Origin: an uncultured Clostridia bacterium
Lineage (GTDB): Bacteria > Bacillota > Clostridia > TANB77 > CAG-508
Direction: 5' to 3'
DNA length: 38,352 nt
Assembly: GCA_947168035.1 (NCBI GenBank)
Contig: CAMVKF010000003.1
Coordinates: 1 to 38,352 of the forward strand
Both the position numbers and the translations under genes were made by a program. Below, piece after piece: positions 8,498 through 17,445 of the stretch. Position 1 is the stretch's first letter. Each line of letters begins with the position of its first letter. Under the pieces are notes generated by a model. It was not told where the DNA came from and made no database searches. It saw only the letters and a list, made by a program, of their open reading frames with translations.

Positions 8498-10594
8498 TTG
8501 AAAAACAAAATCAAAAAAGAAAATACTAATTTAAGATTTAATATTTTAATAATTATAGTATACATAATAGGAATAATATTAATTAGTAAATTATTTGAGC
8601 TACAAATTGTGCATGGTGCTACATATAGAGAAACTTCAAACACAAGGCTAGCAAGAGAAAGCACATTAGAACCTTCTAGAGGAGAAATTTTAGATAGGTC
8701 TGGAACTATTTTAGCTACAAGTACAAGCTCTTTTAATATAGAACTTTACAAAACCAAGTCTGATAATATAGTGCTAAATAATTGTATATTAAATCTAATA
8801 AATTTATTTGAGGAAAATGGAGTTAAATATCCAAATAATTTCCCAATAAATAATGAGGTAAATGCTTTTAGCCTAGAAGGAGAAAATTTAGAAAAATGGC
8901 TTGCTAAATATAAGCTAGATTCAAATTCAACAGTTCAGGATACTATGAATTTTTTTATAAAAAAATATGGTATTGACTCGCAAGATCTTATAACTGCTAG
9001 AAAAATAATTTCTATAAGATATGAAATTACAACTAAGGGGTATAGTAGTACTAGGCCATTGGAACTAGCAGAAAATGTATCGAGGGAAGTCGTTGCAAAA
9101 ATAAGTGAGCAAAATGCGTTGTTTCCAGGGGTTAAAATATCTACAAAAACTACTAGAAAATATAACTACGACAATTTAGCCTCACATATAATTGGTTATA
9201 TTGGAAAAATAGGTGAAAAAGAATATAATGAAAATCAAGATGTTTATAATAATGATGATTATGTTGGAAGAACTGGTATAGAGTCATCATTTGAAAGTTA
9301 TTTAAGAGGACAAAAAGGAAAAGAAGAAGTTGAGATGTCTGTCGATGGAACAGTAACAGGAGAAAATATAACAAAAGCACCTATTCAAGGTTCTAGTATA
9401 GTTCTAACAATAGATTCTAAATTACAAGAAATAGCAGAAAATGCCTTAAAAAATAACATACAAAAAATAAGAAATGGTGGTTTTTCTAATAGATATGATG
9501 CACACGGAGGATGTGTAATTGCAATAGACGTTCATTCAGGTGAAATACTTGCAATGGCAAGTAATCCGGATTATAATCCAAACTCTTGGGTTGGAGGAAT
9601 AAGTGTTGCAGACTATAATCAAATTAAAGAAAATAATTCATTATTTAATAAAGCTATATCAGGTTCATATGCACCAGGTTCAATCTTTAAAATGGTAACA
9701 GCGTTAGCAGGTTTAGAAACAGGAGCAATTACAACAACTGAAAAAATAAATGATACCGGAATTTATAAAAAATATAGAGATTACCAACCACATTGCTGGG
9801 TATATGATAGTTACCATAGAGGACATGGGTACTTAAATGTATCTGGAGCAATACAGCATTCATGTAACTACTTTTTTTACGAAGTAGGAGATAGGATAAA
9901 AATAGATACTTTAAATAGATATGCAAAATATTTTGGCTTGGGAAACAAAACAGGAATAGAACTTCCAAGCGAAACAGCAGGTACACTTGCATCACCAGAA
10001 GTTGCCAAAAAAATCGGAGAAACCTGGTCTTCAGGAAGAAATTTAGCTGCAGCAATAGGTCAAAGTTACAATGCTTTTTCACCACTTCAAGTTGCAAAAT
10101 ATATAGCTATGGTTGCAAATGGAGGAAATAAAATAAATACTACAATTATAAAAAGAGTTCTTAACTCAGATGGAACAGAATCTTCTAAGTCAGAGATAAA
10201 TGGTTATGTAAAACAAAACTTGGGACTTAATATTGAAGAGGTTGAAAATTTAAGTTTTTCAAATGGTAATATTAATGCGGTTTTAGAAGGAATGAGAAGT
10301 GTTACAGATGAAGGTGGAACAGCAAGTTCTGTATTTAGAAATTTTGATATTCCAGTCGGAGGAAAAACAGGGTCAGCAGAAGCGGGTAAAAACGTAAATG
10401 CTTGGTTTGCAGGATTTGCACCATTTGATTCGCCAGAAATTGCAGTTGTAGTAATGGTAGAAAATGGTGGACATGGTTTTTATACAGCAGAAGTCGCAAG
10501 AGAAATAATAGCAGAATACTTCGGAATGAATATAAATTCAAATGAAATACAAGAGAATAATGAAGCAATAAATTATGTAGAATCAATTCAATAA
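8498..10594 (+). CDS. mrdA: Class B penicillin-binding protein 2 (MrdA-like)
   Basis: N-terminal TM, RGEILDRSG, HIIGYIG, GRTGIE, GEILAMAS.P.Y, PGSIFK (SxxK), HSCN (SxN), GKTGSAE (KTG). Confidence 0.92.
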   Translation: MKNKIKKENTNLRFNILIIIVYIIGIILISKLFELQIVHGATYRETSNTRLARESTLEPSRGEILDRSGTILATSTSSFNIELYKTKSDNIVLNNCILNLINLFEENGVKYPNNFPINNEVNAFSLEGENLEKWLAKYKLDSNSTVQDTMNFFIKKYGIDSQDLITARKIISIRYEITTKGYSSTRPLELAENVSREVVAKISEQNALFPGVKISTKTTRKYNYDNLASHIIGYIGKIGEKEYNENQDVYNNDDYVGRTGIESSFESYLRGQKGKEEVEMSVDGTVTGENITKAPIQGSSIVLTIDSKLQEIAENALKNNIQKIRNGGFSNRYDAHGGCVIAIDVHSGEILAMASNPDYNPNSWVGGISVADYNQIKENNSLFNKAISGSYAPGSIFKMVTALAGLETGAITTTEKINDTGIYKKYRDYQPHCWVYDSYHRGHGYLNVSGAIQHSCNYFFYEVGDRIKIDTLNRYAKYFGLGNKTGIELPSETAGTLASPEVAKKIGETWSSGRNLAAAIGQSYNAFSPLQVAKYIAMVANGGNKINTTIIKRVLNSDGTESSKSEINGYVKQNLGLNIEEVENLSFSNGNINAVLEGMRSVTDEGGTASSVFRNFDIPVGGKTGSAEAGKNVNAWFAGFAPFDSPEIAVVVMVENGGHGFYTAEVAREIIAEYFGMNINSNEIQENNEAINYVESIQ

Positions 10595-10616
10595 AAATGA
10601 AAGGAAGTATTTAGTT

Positions 10617-11231
10617 ATGAAAAGCTGTTTAAATGTAAGCCAAAAAAGCAATTTAATTATTATTAAAATTAGTAAAGAAGCAAAATTTGAAGATATAATA
10701 TTGCAAATGAGAAGAAAGGTACTTCAGCTTGAAAGGATATACAAAGAAGAAAAAACGCCAATAATGATAACAGGTAAAGTACTAAAAAATAGAGAAATAA
10801 ATGAAATAGAAAAAATAATAAAAGAAAGGTTAAATGTAAAAGTTGAATTTGATATGCCAAAAGAATTAGGGTTATCTAACATTAAGAAAGCATTTTTACA
10901 AGAAGTTTCAACTTCTGAAACTACTTTTCATAGAGGCTCAATTAGATCAGGTCAAAAAATAGAAGATGAAGGAAGTATAGTAATACTTGGAGATGTAAAC
11001 TCTGGAGCAGAAGTTATAGCAGCAGATAATATTGTAGTACTAGGAGCATTAAGAGGTTTAGCTCATGCAGGAGCTAAAGGAAATGCAAAAGCAATAGTTG
11101 CTTGTGGCAGATTAGATGCTGTACAAGTAAGAATTGCAAATGTAGTAAAAGAAATAAACAAAGATGAAGAAATGGCGTATATTAATTCATATATATATGT
11201 TGGAGAAAAAGGAGATATAGTAATAGAATAA
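10617..11231 (+). CDS. minC: Septum site-determining protein MinC
   Basis: SIRSGQKI...GSIVILGDVNSGAEVIA..NIVVLGALRGLAHAGA.GN. Confidence 0.93.
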   Translation: MKSCLNVSQKSNLIIIKISKEAKFEDIILQMRRKVLQLERIYKEEKTPIMITGKVLKNREINEIEKIIKERLNVKVEFDMPKELGLSNIKKAFLQEVSTSETTFHRGSIRSGQKIEDEGSIVILGDVNSGAEVIAADNIVVLGALRGLAHAGAKGNAKAIVACGRLDAVQVRIANVVKEINKDEEMAYINSYIYVGEKGDIVIE

Positions 11232-11427
11232 ATTATATTATCTTCTAAAACCCACGACAATAGTCTTATTTATTAATAATTCATCGACAGTTCCAATAAC
11301 TTCGCAGGGGTCAAAACCGTCTGACTGCTCCTTGTGAGGGACCAAAGGTTTTGACATTGACCCTGCTATGGAGATAATTATTAATAAATAAGACTATTGT
11401 CGAGGGTTAGCAAAATAAATATAATTT
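11230..11427. repeat. ~200-bp palindromic intergenic element (second family) between convergent genes
   Basis: Perfect 27-bp arms 11255-11281 / 11376-11402; inner gcaggg/ccctgc and gtcaaaacc/ggttttgac; outer aaattatatt/aatataattt. Confidence 0.8.
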
Positions 11428-11428
11428 G

Positions 11429-11752
11429 CTAGCTTAATAATAACAATATCAAACTAAAAAATAGCTCATTATCTTTTACACCTTCTTCGTAAAGAAAAAA
11501 CAAAAGAGCCATAATTAGAATATCATCAAAATAAAGTTTTAAACCAAATAATTCAAAAAAGTAATTATCAGAATTACTTTCTGAATTATTTTTTTTATTT
11601 AAAGGCATATCTTCTACTTTATTATTAATAGAATTTGTGTTTGGATGGCTGACAGCTGTATTTTGTATTTGCGTAAGGTTTGTATTTGGTTTGTAATAAT
11701 TATTTTTATAAAATCCAGGTCCAAAAAGGTATGGAAAAGAAAAAGGAAGCAT
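11429..11752 (-). CDS. Small hypothetical protein (conserved Clostridia-type C-terminus), possibly sporulation related
   Basis: Start probably MLPFSFPY (ATG 11752, immediately after the previous stop, GGGGA RBS); C-terminus FELFGLKLYFDDILIMALLFFLYEEGVKD..LF..LILLLLS. Confidence 0.7.
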   Translation of the reverse strand: MLPFSFPYLFGPGFYKNNYYKPNTNLTQIQNTAVSHPNTNSINNKVEDMPLNKKNNSESNSDNYFFELFGLKLYFDDILIMALLFFLYEEGVKDNELFFSLILLLLS

Positions 11753-11753
11753 A

Positions 11754-12176
11754 TTATTCATCCCCATTTCCACTCTTAAAAAAATCAGAAATACTGGTAA
11801 GTTTAAGTAAATTAACATATTGGTCAAGCTTTTGTTTTCTTGAATCTCTTAAATATGGCTTTAAAGAGTAAAGTAGCTTAGCTCTTGGGTCATCTTTGTT
11901 ATTTAGTTTTTCTACAATTGTTTTTATCTTTAAAATAGTTTCTATATCTATATTACCAGAAAAATTACTTGAGTTTTCTTGTGTTTCTTCATTATTAGAA
12001 GGATTTTTTAGCATAGAAGTAAGGTTAGTTATCATTTCAGGGGTAATGTTTAAATTAGAATTTTTTGCAGTTTCGCTTTGAGAATTATTTTCTTGAGTTG
12101 AGCTATTATTATTTAAAATGCTCTTAAAATTGTTTATCAAATCATTCATTTTGTTTTCTTCCATAGCAAAATTCAC
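11754..12176 (-). CDS. Hypothetical protein (DPR..LL.SLKPYL...R motif), possibly sporulation related; start may be ATG at 12164
   Basis: DIETILKIKTI.EKLN.KDDPRAKLLYSLKPYLRDSRKQKLDQY.NLL; RBS AGGGGTG. Confidence 0.75.
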   Translation of the reverse strand: MNFAMEENKMNDLINNFKSILNNNSSTQENNSQSETAKNSNLNITPEMITNLTSMLKNPSNNEETQENSSNFSGNIDIETILKIKTIVEKLNNKDDPRAKLLYSLKPYLRDSRKQKLDQYVNLLKLTSISDFFKSGNGDE

Positions 12177-12202
12177 CCCTTTAATATCATTACCGTTCTA
12201 CA

Positions 12203-12311
12203 GTTACAATTCACAGCTGTAATTACTTAAAGTCTGCGCCAATGATTAAAATATTTATATACTAATCATGTTAGGCAGGACTATTAGAACTTGAGGGCTG
12301 TGAATTGCAAC
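12203..12311. repeat. Short (internally deleted) copy of the 7685-7906 palindromic element
   Basis: gttacaattcacagc...aagtctgcgcc.atgatta...taatcat.gttaggcaggact...gctgtgaattgcaac; same arm order as 7685-7906 but lacks the ~100-bp inner hairpin. Confidence 0.8.
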
Positions 12312-12342
12312 AAGATTTCAAAACCTTACGCGTAAAAAGCTT

Positions 12343-12495
12343 TCAAGACTTTTTTTGAGAATTCAAAGCCTGAATAAGCCTTTGTTTTTCTTCTGGACTT
12401 AAGATTTGATTTATTTTTTCAAGGCCTTGTGAAAGCTTTGATTTATCCATGTTTGAAAGCATTTTCATTAAATAAGAAACATCATTATTATTCAT
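12343..12495 (-). CDS. 50-aa small protein not in the ORF track
   Basis: RBS AGAGGTG then MNNNDVSYLMKMLSNMDKSKLSQGLEKINQILSPEEKQRLIQALNSQKKS*; first gene of the minus-strand cluster. Confidence 0.7.
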   Translation of the reverse strand: MNNNDVSYLMKMLSNMDKSKLSQGLEKINQILSPEEKQRLIQALNSQKKS

Positions 12496-12518
12496 AAAAT
12501 TCACCTCTATAATATTAT

Positions 12519-12544
12519 ATTATATGAACCTAAAATTTATGTGT
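12519..12544 (-). promoter_or_regulatory. Putative SigK/SigE-type promoter for the small-ORF cluster
   Basis: Minus strand ACACAT-N12-CATATAAT just upstream of the RBS. Confidence 0.5.
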
Positions 12545-12558
12545 AACAAAAATGTAAT
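12542..12558 (+). promoter_or_regulatory. WalR/OmpR-family-like direct repeat
   Basis: TGTAAC-aaaaa-TGTAAT matches TGTWAH-N5-TGTWAH; upstream of the giant surface-protein cassette. Confidence 0.45.
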
Positions 12559-12725
12559 AAAAATTTAATAAAACAAAATTAAAATCTCCAAAAAGTTCCT
12601 TCCGCAAAAGACTTTTAATAGTTTTTTAGTAATATTTCTTTTTTACAAAAATAGAGGTATTGATTTTTTTTAGAAATTTTTTAATAATTGTAATGAATGT
12701 AAATAAATTTTAGGAGGAACTGTAT

Positions 12726-15700
12726 ATGAACAGAAGAGCAGAACTATTGAACAAAGTATGTGCAATTTTAATTTTGTTTACCCTTTGTATATCTGACTTT
12801 TTATTTGTTGGAACAAAGCTTATTAGTTATGCAATTGATAATGTGAAAACCAATATCTATAATGTTGATTTTTTGGCGTATTTTGTAGACGCAAATGGGG
12901 AAAAGGTAGATAAAATACAAAAAGAAATTGATGAAGAAGAAATTTATTTATATGTAGATGTAGATGTTAAAAATGAAGGATATTTCAATGGAATGCTTAA
13001 CTTAGAAAATAACAACTTTGATTTACAAAATAAAATAGAAAGTGGAGACATCTCAGAAATATCTGGAAATAAGGTTACATTAAAACAAATATGTGCAGGT
13101 AAAACAGTTACAATAAAACTTCCTATAAAGGCAAAATATGAAGAAAAAATTAAAGCAGAGGATTTAAATAAAAAAACAAGAGTAGTTTTAAGTGGAGAAT
13201 ATATAGATAGTAATAATGCAGAGCATCAAACAAGTACAGAAGTTAAAGGAAAGTCAAGTATAGAAATTGATTGGGTATCTAGCAAAAATACACAAGCAGA
13301 ATTAAATGCAAAAGTTTTAACAAATTATTCTTATACAGTAAATGGAGAAGAAAAACAAGTAGTTCAATTTTTAATTGGAAGTAAAATTACAAATAACAAT
13401 TACCCTATAAAAAATACAGAGATTAATTTAAATGTTTTAGAAAATGCCGAAGACGTAGAAGTTCACACAAGAAGTACTGATGCAACAAACGGAAATATAA
13501 AATTTAGTAAAGCAAATTATACATATAATAAAGAAACAAAAAATTTAAAAATAAATTTAGCAAATGATAATTTAGAAGAAGTGTTCTGGAATAAAGATGG
13601 TTTAGATTTATTTGTAGTAACATATGTATTTGCGAAAGATGAGAATATATTAAATAAAGAAATTTCAATAGGTGCAAAAATAAATACATATGATGAAAAG
13701 GAATTTATAGCAAATAAAAACCTATTAATAGATACAAAAAAAGATGGAATAATTTCTTATTCTGTAAAAAATAGTGAACCTAGTATATATAAAGGTAAAA
13801 TATATACAGGCGAAGCTAGAGAATATAAAGAAACTCAAAAAATAGATGTTGATTATATAGGAGTAGCTGAGAATGTTTCGCTAAAATCTAATGAAGATTT
13901 TTATTTAAATAATACAATTACAACAAATGCAAATATTTTATATAAACAAACAAAAATAAATAAACAAGAATTTATAAAAATATTTGGTGAAGATGGATTT
14001 ATAACAATAAAAAATAGCTCAGGTGCAGTAATTGCAAATATAAGTTCAAAAACAGAAAATGATGAACAAGGAAATATTGTAGTAGATTATATAAATAATA
14101 CAAAAAATATTGAAATATTAACAAGTAAACCAATATATGTTGGAACCTTAAAAATAGAAAATACAAAGCAGATACTAAATAATGAATACAAAAGAGAAGA
14201 AGTAAATACATTTACTTCAATAAAAAGTACATTTACAGGCAGTTACAATGAAAAACAAATAGAAAAATTAGAAAAACAAATAGAATTAAAAGAAACAACT
14301 TCAACAGCAAAATTAGAAATAGGAACAAAAGCATTAACTGCAGAAAACACAAATGAAAATGTAAAAATAAAGGTAGTTTTACCAAATAACAGTGAAGAAC
14401 AAGATGTTTTCTCAAACCCTAACATAAAAATAACATTTCCAAAGCAAGTAACAAATTTAACTGCAAAATGTAAAGTGCTATATGGAAATGGTTTAAATCT
14501 TGGAAATGCTGAAATTGTAAATAACGAAGGAATTCAAGAAATTAAAATTGGGTTAAGTGGCACTCAAGAAACCTACAACCCAAGTAATATTGAAGGAACA
14601 GCCATTATAATTTATGCAAATATTGATGTTGAAAAAGATGTTGTAACAGCAATAGAAGATATAACATTAAATTATACAAACGAATTTGCTACATCTTTAG
14701 AAAATAAAGGGGAACAAAAAGTTAAGGTAAAAATAATAGAGAGAACAAAAGAAGAAAACATAATTAAACAAGATTTACCACTTGTTAAAGCAACAGCACA
14801 AGAAGTACAAGACTTAAATGGAATAAAAATGACAGTTACTGCTAAAGTAGGAGAACAAGAACTTGAAGATGGAGCAGAGGTAAAAGCAGGAGAAATAATA
14901 GTATATAATGTAAAACTAGAAAATACAACAGATGCGGATATAGAAGGTTTAACATTTACAGCAAACATACCAGAAAGTACAACATTGATAGAAGTAAACC
15001 CAAAATACCCAGGGTTTGATGAAATAAAAGAAGAATTTACATATACAGAAGAGTATTTTATAGAAAAAGATAACAATGCATTAACAAATGAAAATATTTC
15101 TATAAAAGCAGGAAAAAATATTTTATTCAACTATATGGTAAGAGTTAATAGCAATTTAACCCAAGATAAAGAAGGCAAAACAATTCTTACTGCTAAATTA
15201 GCAGAAAATAAAATTGAAGTAGAAAGAAATAATATTTTTAAAGCGAATGATATAATTGCTACTATAAAGCCATTAAATAGAACACCAAATGAAAAATTAG
15301 AATATAATTTTTCATACGATTATCATCTTGAAATAAAGAATAATAGCAATACAGAGAAAAACAATGTTAAAATTACAGTTAATAAGAATCCATTAATTGA
15401 TATTACAAATATTAGTTACAGTATGGGAGAAAATAGAGTTAATTTAGGTAAAGATATAGAGTATTTTACAATAGATTCTATTCCTGCAAATGCAACAGTA
15501 TTCGTTATAATTGATTTTTATACAAAAGAATATAATGAACAAATAACAACATCTGAAATATCAGCTTTAATAGAAAATAATTCAAATATTTTTAGAACAA
15601 ATAAAATAATAGAAAATGTTGGGGGAATTAAATTAGACATAAACTCAAAGATAGAAACAACTTCTAATACAGATAAAATATATCCTGGAGATTTTATTAG

Positions 15701-17426
15701 GTATTCATTTAATATAAAAAATGCAGGAACTACAAGGGCTACATCATTGAATATTAGAGATTATTTTTCAAATAATTTAGAGTTAGAATATGTTAAGATT
15801 GATGGAAAAGGATGCGAATATAGTCAAATTATAGAAAATCAAGATATGAGTACAATTAGTCTTGTTAAATCTTTTGAAATTGGAGAGAGTATTACTTTAG
15901 AAATTCAGGGCAAATTAAATGATGCAATATATTTAAGTAAAGATTATGAAATAATAAATCAATTAGAGATTAGTAGCAAGGGTGTAGTTGTAGGGCAAAC
16001 AGAGCAGATAAAGAACTATTTAGTAAATAGATTAGAGAACAACGAAGATGAAAATATTGAAGATGGAAATAACAACAATGAGAATAACAATGAGAACAAC
16101 AATGAAAACAACAATGAGAACAATAATGAAAACAACAATGAAAACAACAATGAAAACAACAATGAAAACAACAATGAGAACAACAATGAAAACAATAATG
16201 AAAACAACAATGAGAACAACAATGAGAACAATAATGAGAACAATAATGAAAACAACAATGAGAACAATAATGAAAACAACAATGAGAACAACAATGAGAA
16301 CAACAATGAGAACAATAATGAGAACAACAATGAGAACAATAATGAGAACAACAATGAAAACAACAATGAGAATAATAATGAGAATAACAATAATTCAAAT
16401 GACAATCAAGATAAGGAAAATTCAGCTTTAAGCACAATTTCAGGACTAGCATGGCTAGACAAAAACAAGAACGGAAAAAGAGAAACAGGAGAAGAATTAT
16501 TAGAAAATATTGATGTTACATTGTTAAATTTAGATAATAAAGGAACAAAAGAAACTACTACAAATGCAAGTGGAGAATATAAATTCGAAAATATAGAAAA
16601 TGGTAAATATGTAGTAATTTTTGAATATAATGAAGAATTATACGCTCTAACTATATACCAAGCAGATGGAGTAAGCAGTTTACAAAACTCAGATGTAGAG
16701 CTTATGGAAATGACAATAAACGGAACAAAGCAAAAAGTAGCGTGTACTGATACATTAAATATACAAAATTCTAATTTGGAAAATATAGATATTGGTCTTG
16801 TTGAGGCAGCTGTATTTGATTTAAAACTAACAAAAGGTATTTCAAAAATTACAGTTTCAAATACACAAGGAACAAATGTGCAAGAATTTGAAAATAGTAA
16901 TTTAGCAAAAGTTGAAATTAAAGCAAAATACCTACAAAGTTCAACAGTAGTAATAGAATACATAATTAGAGTAGAAAACAAAGGAGAAATAGCAGGATAT
17001 GCAAGCAAAATAGTAGATTATAAGCCAACAGATTTAACCTTTAACTCAAAACTTAACCCAGATTGGTATCAATCTGAAAATAACTTATATAATGATAGTT
17101 TAGAAGACAAATTAATTAAACCAGGAGAAACAAAAGAAATAAAATTAATTTTAACAAAACAAATGACAGAGACAAATACTGGACTTACAAATAATATTGC
17201 AGAAATAGCAGAAGATGAAAACGAAAAAGATGTAGATGACATAAATTCAACACCAGGAAATAAAAATTTAAAAGAAAATGATTTAGGTCAAGCAAATGCA
17301 ATAATAAGTATAAGTACAGGAGTAGCATTTAGGTTTTTCTTTACAACATTATTAGCAATAGTAATAATTTCAAGTTTAGGTTATTTATTTAGTAAAAAAA
17401 TATTAGAGAAAAACATAAAATTTTAG
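12726..17426 (+). CDS. Giant surface protein A1 (DUF11-like Ig repeats, SdrD-B-like domain, C-terminal anchor), 1566 aa
   Basis: RBS AGGAGG; signal peptide; V.AGEII.Y.V.L.N and PGD.I.Y.....N.G DUF11-like units; ISGLAWLDKNKNG.R...E SdrD_B pattern; IISISTG + TM + basic tail; paralog of 24298-29217. Confidence 0.85.
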   Translation: MNRRAELLNKVCAILILFTLCISDFLFVGTKLISYAIDNVKTNIYNVDFLAYFVDANGEKVDKIQKEIDEEEIYLYVDVDVKNEGYFNGMLNLENNNFDLQNKIESGDISEISGNKVTLKQICAGKTVTIKLPIKAKYEEKIKAEDLNKKTRVVLSGEYIDSNNAEHQTSTEVKGKSSIEIDWVSSKNTQAELNAKVLTNYSYTVNGEEKQVVQFLIGSKITNNNYPIKNTEINLNVLENAEDVEVHTRSTDATNGNIKFSKANYTYNKETKNLKINLANDNLEEVFWNKDGLDLFVVTYVFAKDENILNKEISIGAKINTYDEKEFIANKNLLIDTKKDGIISYSVKNSEPSIYKGKIYTGEAREYKETQKIDVDYIGVAENVSLKSNEDFYLNNTITTNANILYKQTKINKQEFIKIFGEDGFITIKNSSGAVIANISSKTENDEQGNIVVDYINNTKNIEILTSKPIYVGTLKIENTKQILNNEYKREEVNTFTSIKSTFTGSYNEKQIEKLEKQIELKETTSTAKLEIGTKALTAENTNENVKIKVVLPNNSEEQDVFSNPNIKITFPKQVTNLTAKCKVLYGNGLNLGNAEIVNNEGIQEIKIGLSGTQETYNPSNIEGTAIIIYANIDVEKDVVTAIEDITLNYTNEFATSLENKGEQKVKVKIIERTKEENIIKQDLPLVKATAQEVQDLNGIKMTVTAKVGEQELEDGAEVKAGEIIVYNVKLENTTDADIEGLTFTANIPESTTLIEVNPKYPGFDEIKEEFTYTEEYFIEKDNNALTNENISIKAGKNILFNYMVRVNSNLTQDKEGKTILTAKLAENKIEVERNNIFKANDIIATIKPLNRTPNEKLEYNFSYDYHLEIKNNSNTEKNNVKITVNKNPLIDITNISYSMGENRVNLGKDIEYFTIDSIPANATVFVIIDFYTKEYNEQITTSEISALIENNSNIFRTNKIIENVGGIKLDINSKIETTSNTDKIYPGDFIRYSFNIKNAGTTRATSLNIRDYFSNNLELEYVKIDGKGCEYSQIIENQDMSTISLVKSFEIGESITLEIQGKLNDAIYLSKDYEIINQLEISSKGVVVGQTEQIKNYLVNRLENNEDENIEDGNNNNENNNENNNENNNENNNENNNENNNENNNENNNENNNENNNENNNENNNENNNENNNENNNENNNENNNENNNENNNENNNENNNENNNENNNENNNENNNENNNNSNDNQDKENSALSTISGLAWLDKNKNGKRETGEELLENIDVTLLNLDNKGTKETTTNASGEYKFENIENGKYVVIFEYNEELYALTIYQADGVSSLQNSDVELMEMTINGTKQKVACTDTLNIQNSNLENIDIGLVEAAVFDLKLTKGISKITVSNTQGTNVQEFENSNLAKVEIKAKYLQSSTVVIEYIIRVENKGEIAGYASKIVDYKPTDLTFNSKLNPDWYQSENNLYNDSLEDKLIKPGETKEIKLILTKQMTETNTGLTNNIAEIAEDENEKDVDDINSTPGNKNLKENDLGQANAIISISTGVAFRFFFTTLLAIVIISSLGYLFSKKILEKNIKF
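16071..16382 (+). repeat. 26 x 12-nt coding repeat (NNNE)n
   Basis: aa(c/t)aa(c/t)aatga(a/g) units in frame in A1; absent from paralog A2. Confidence 0.95.
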
Positions 17427-17445
17427 CGGAAAGGAGGGTGAATTC

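Noticed and set aside
15970-16452. ORFs (LLFS)n, (HCCS)n and (MRTT)n
   Set aside because: Alternative-frame and antisense shadows of the NNNE 12-nt repeat in A1.
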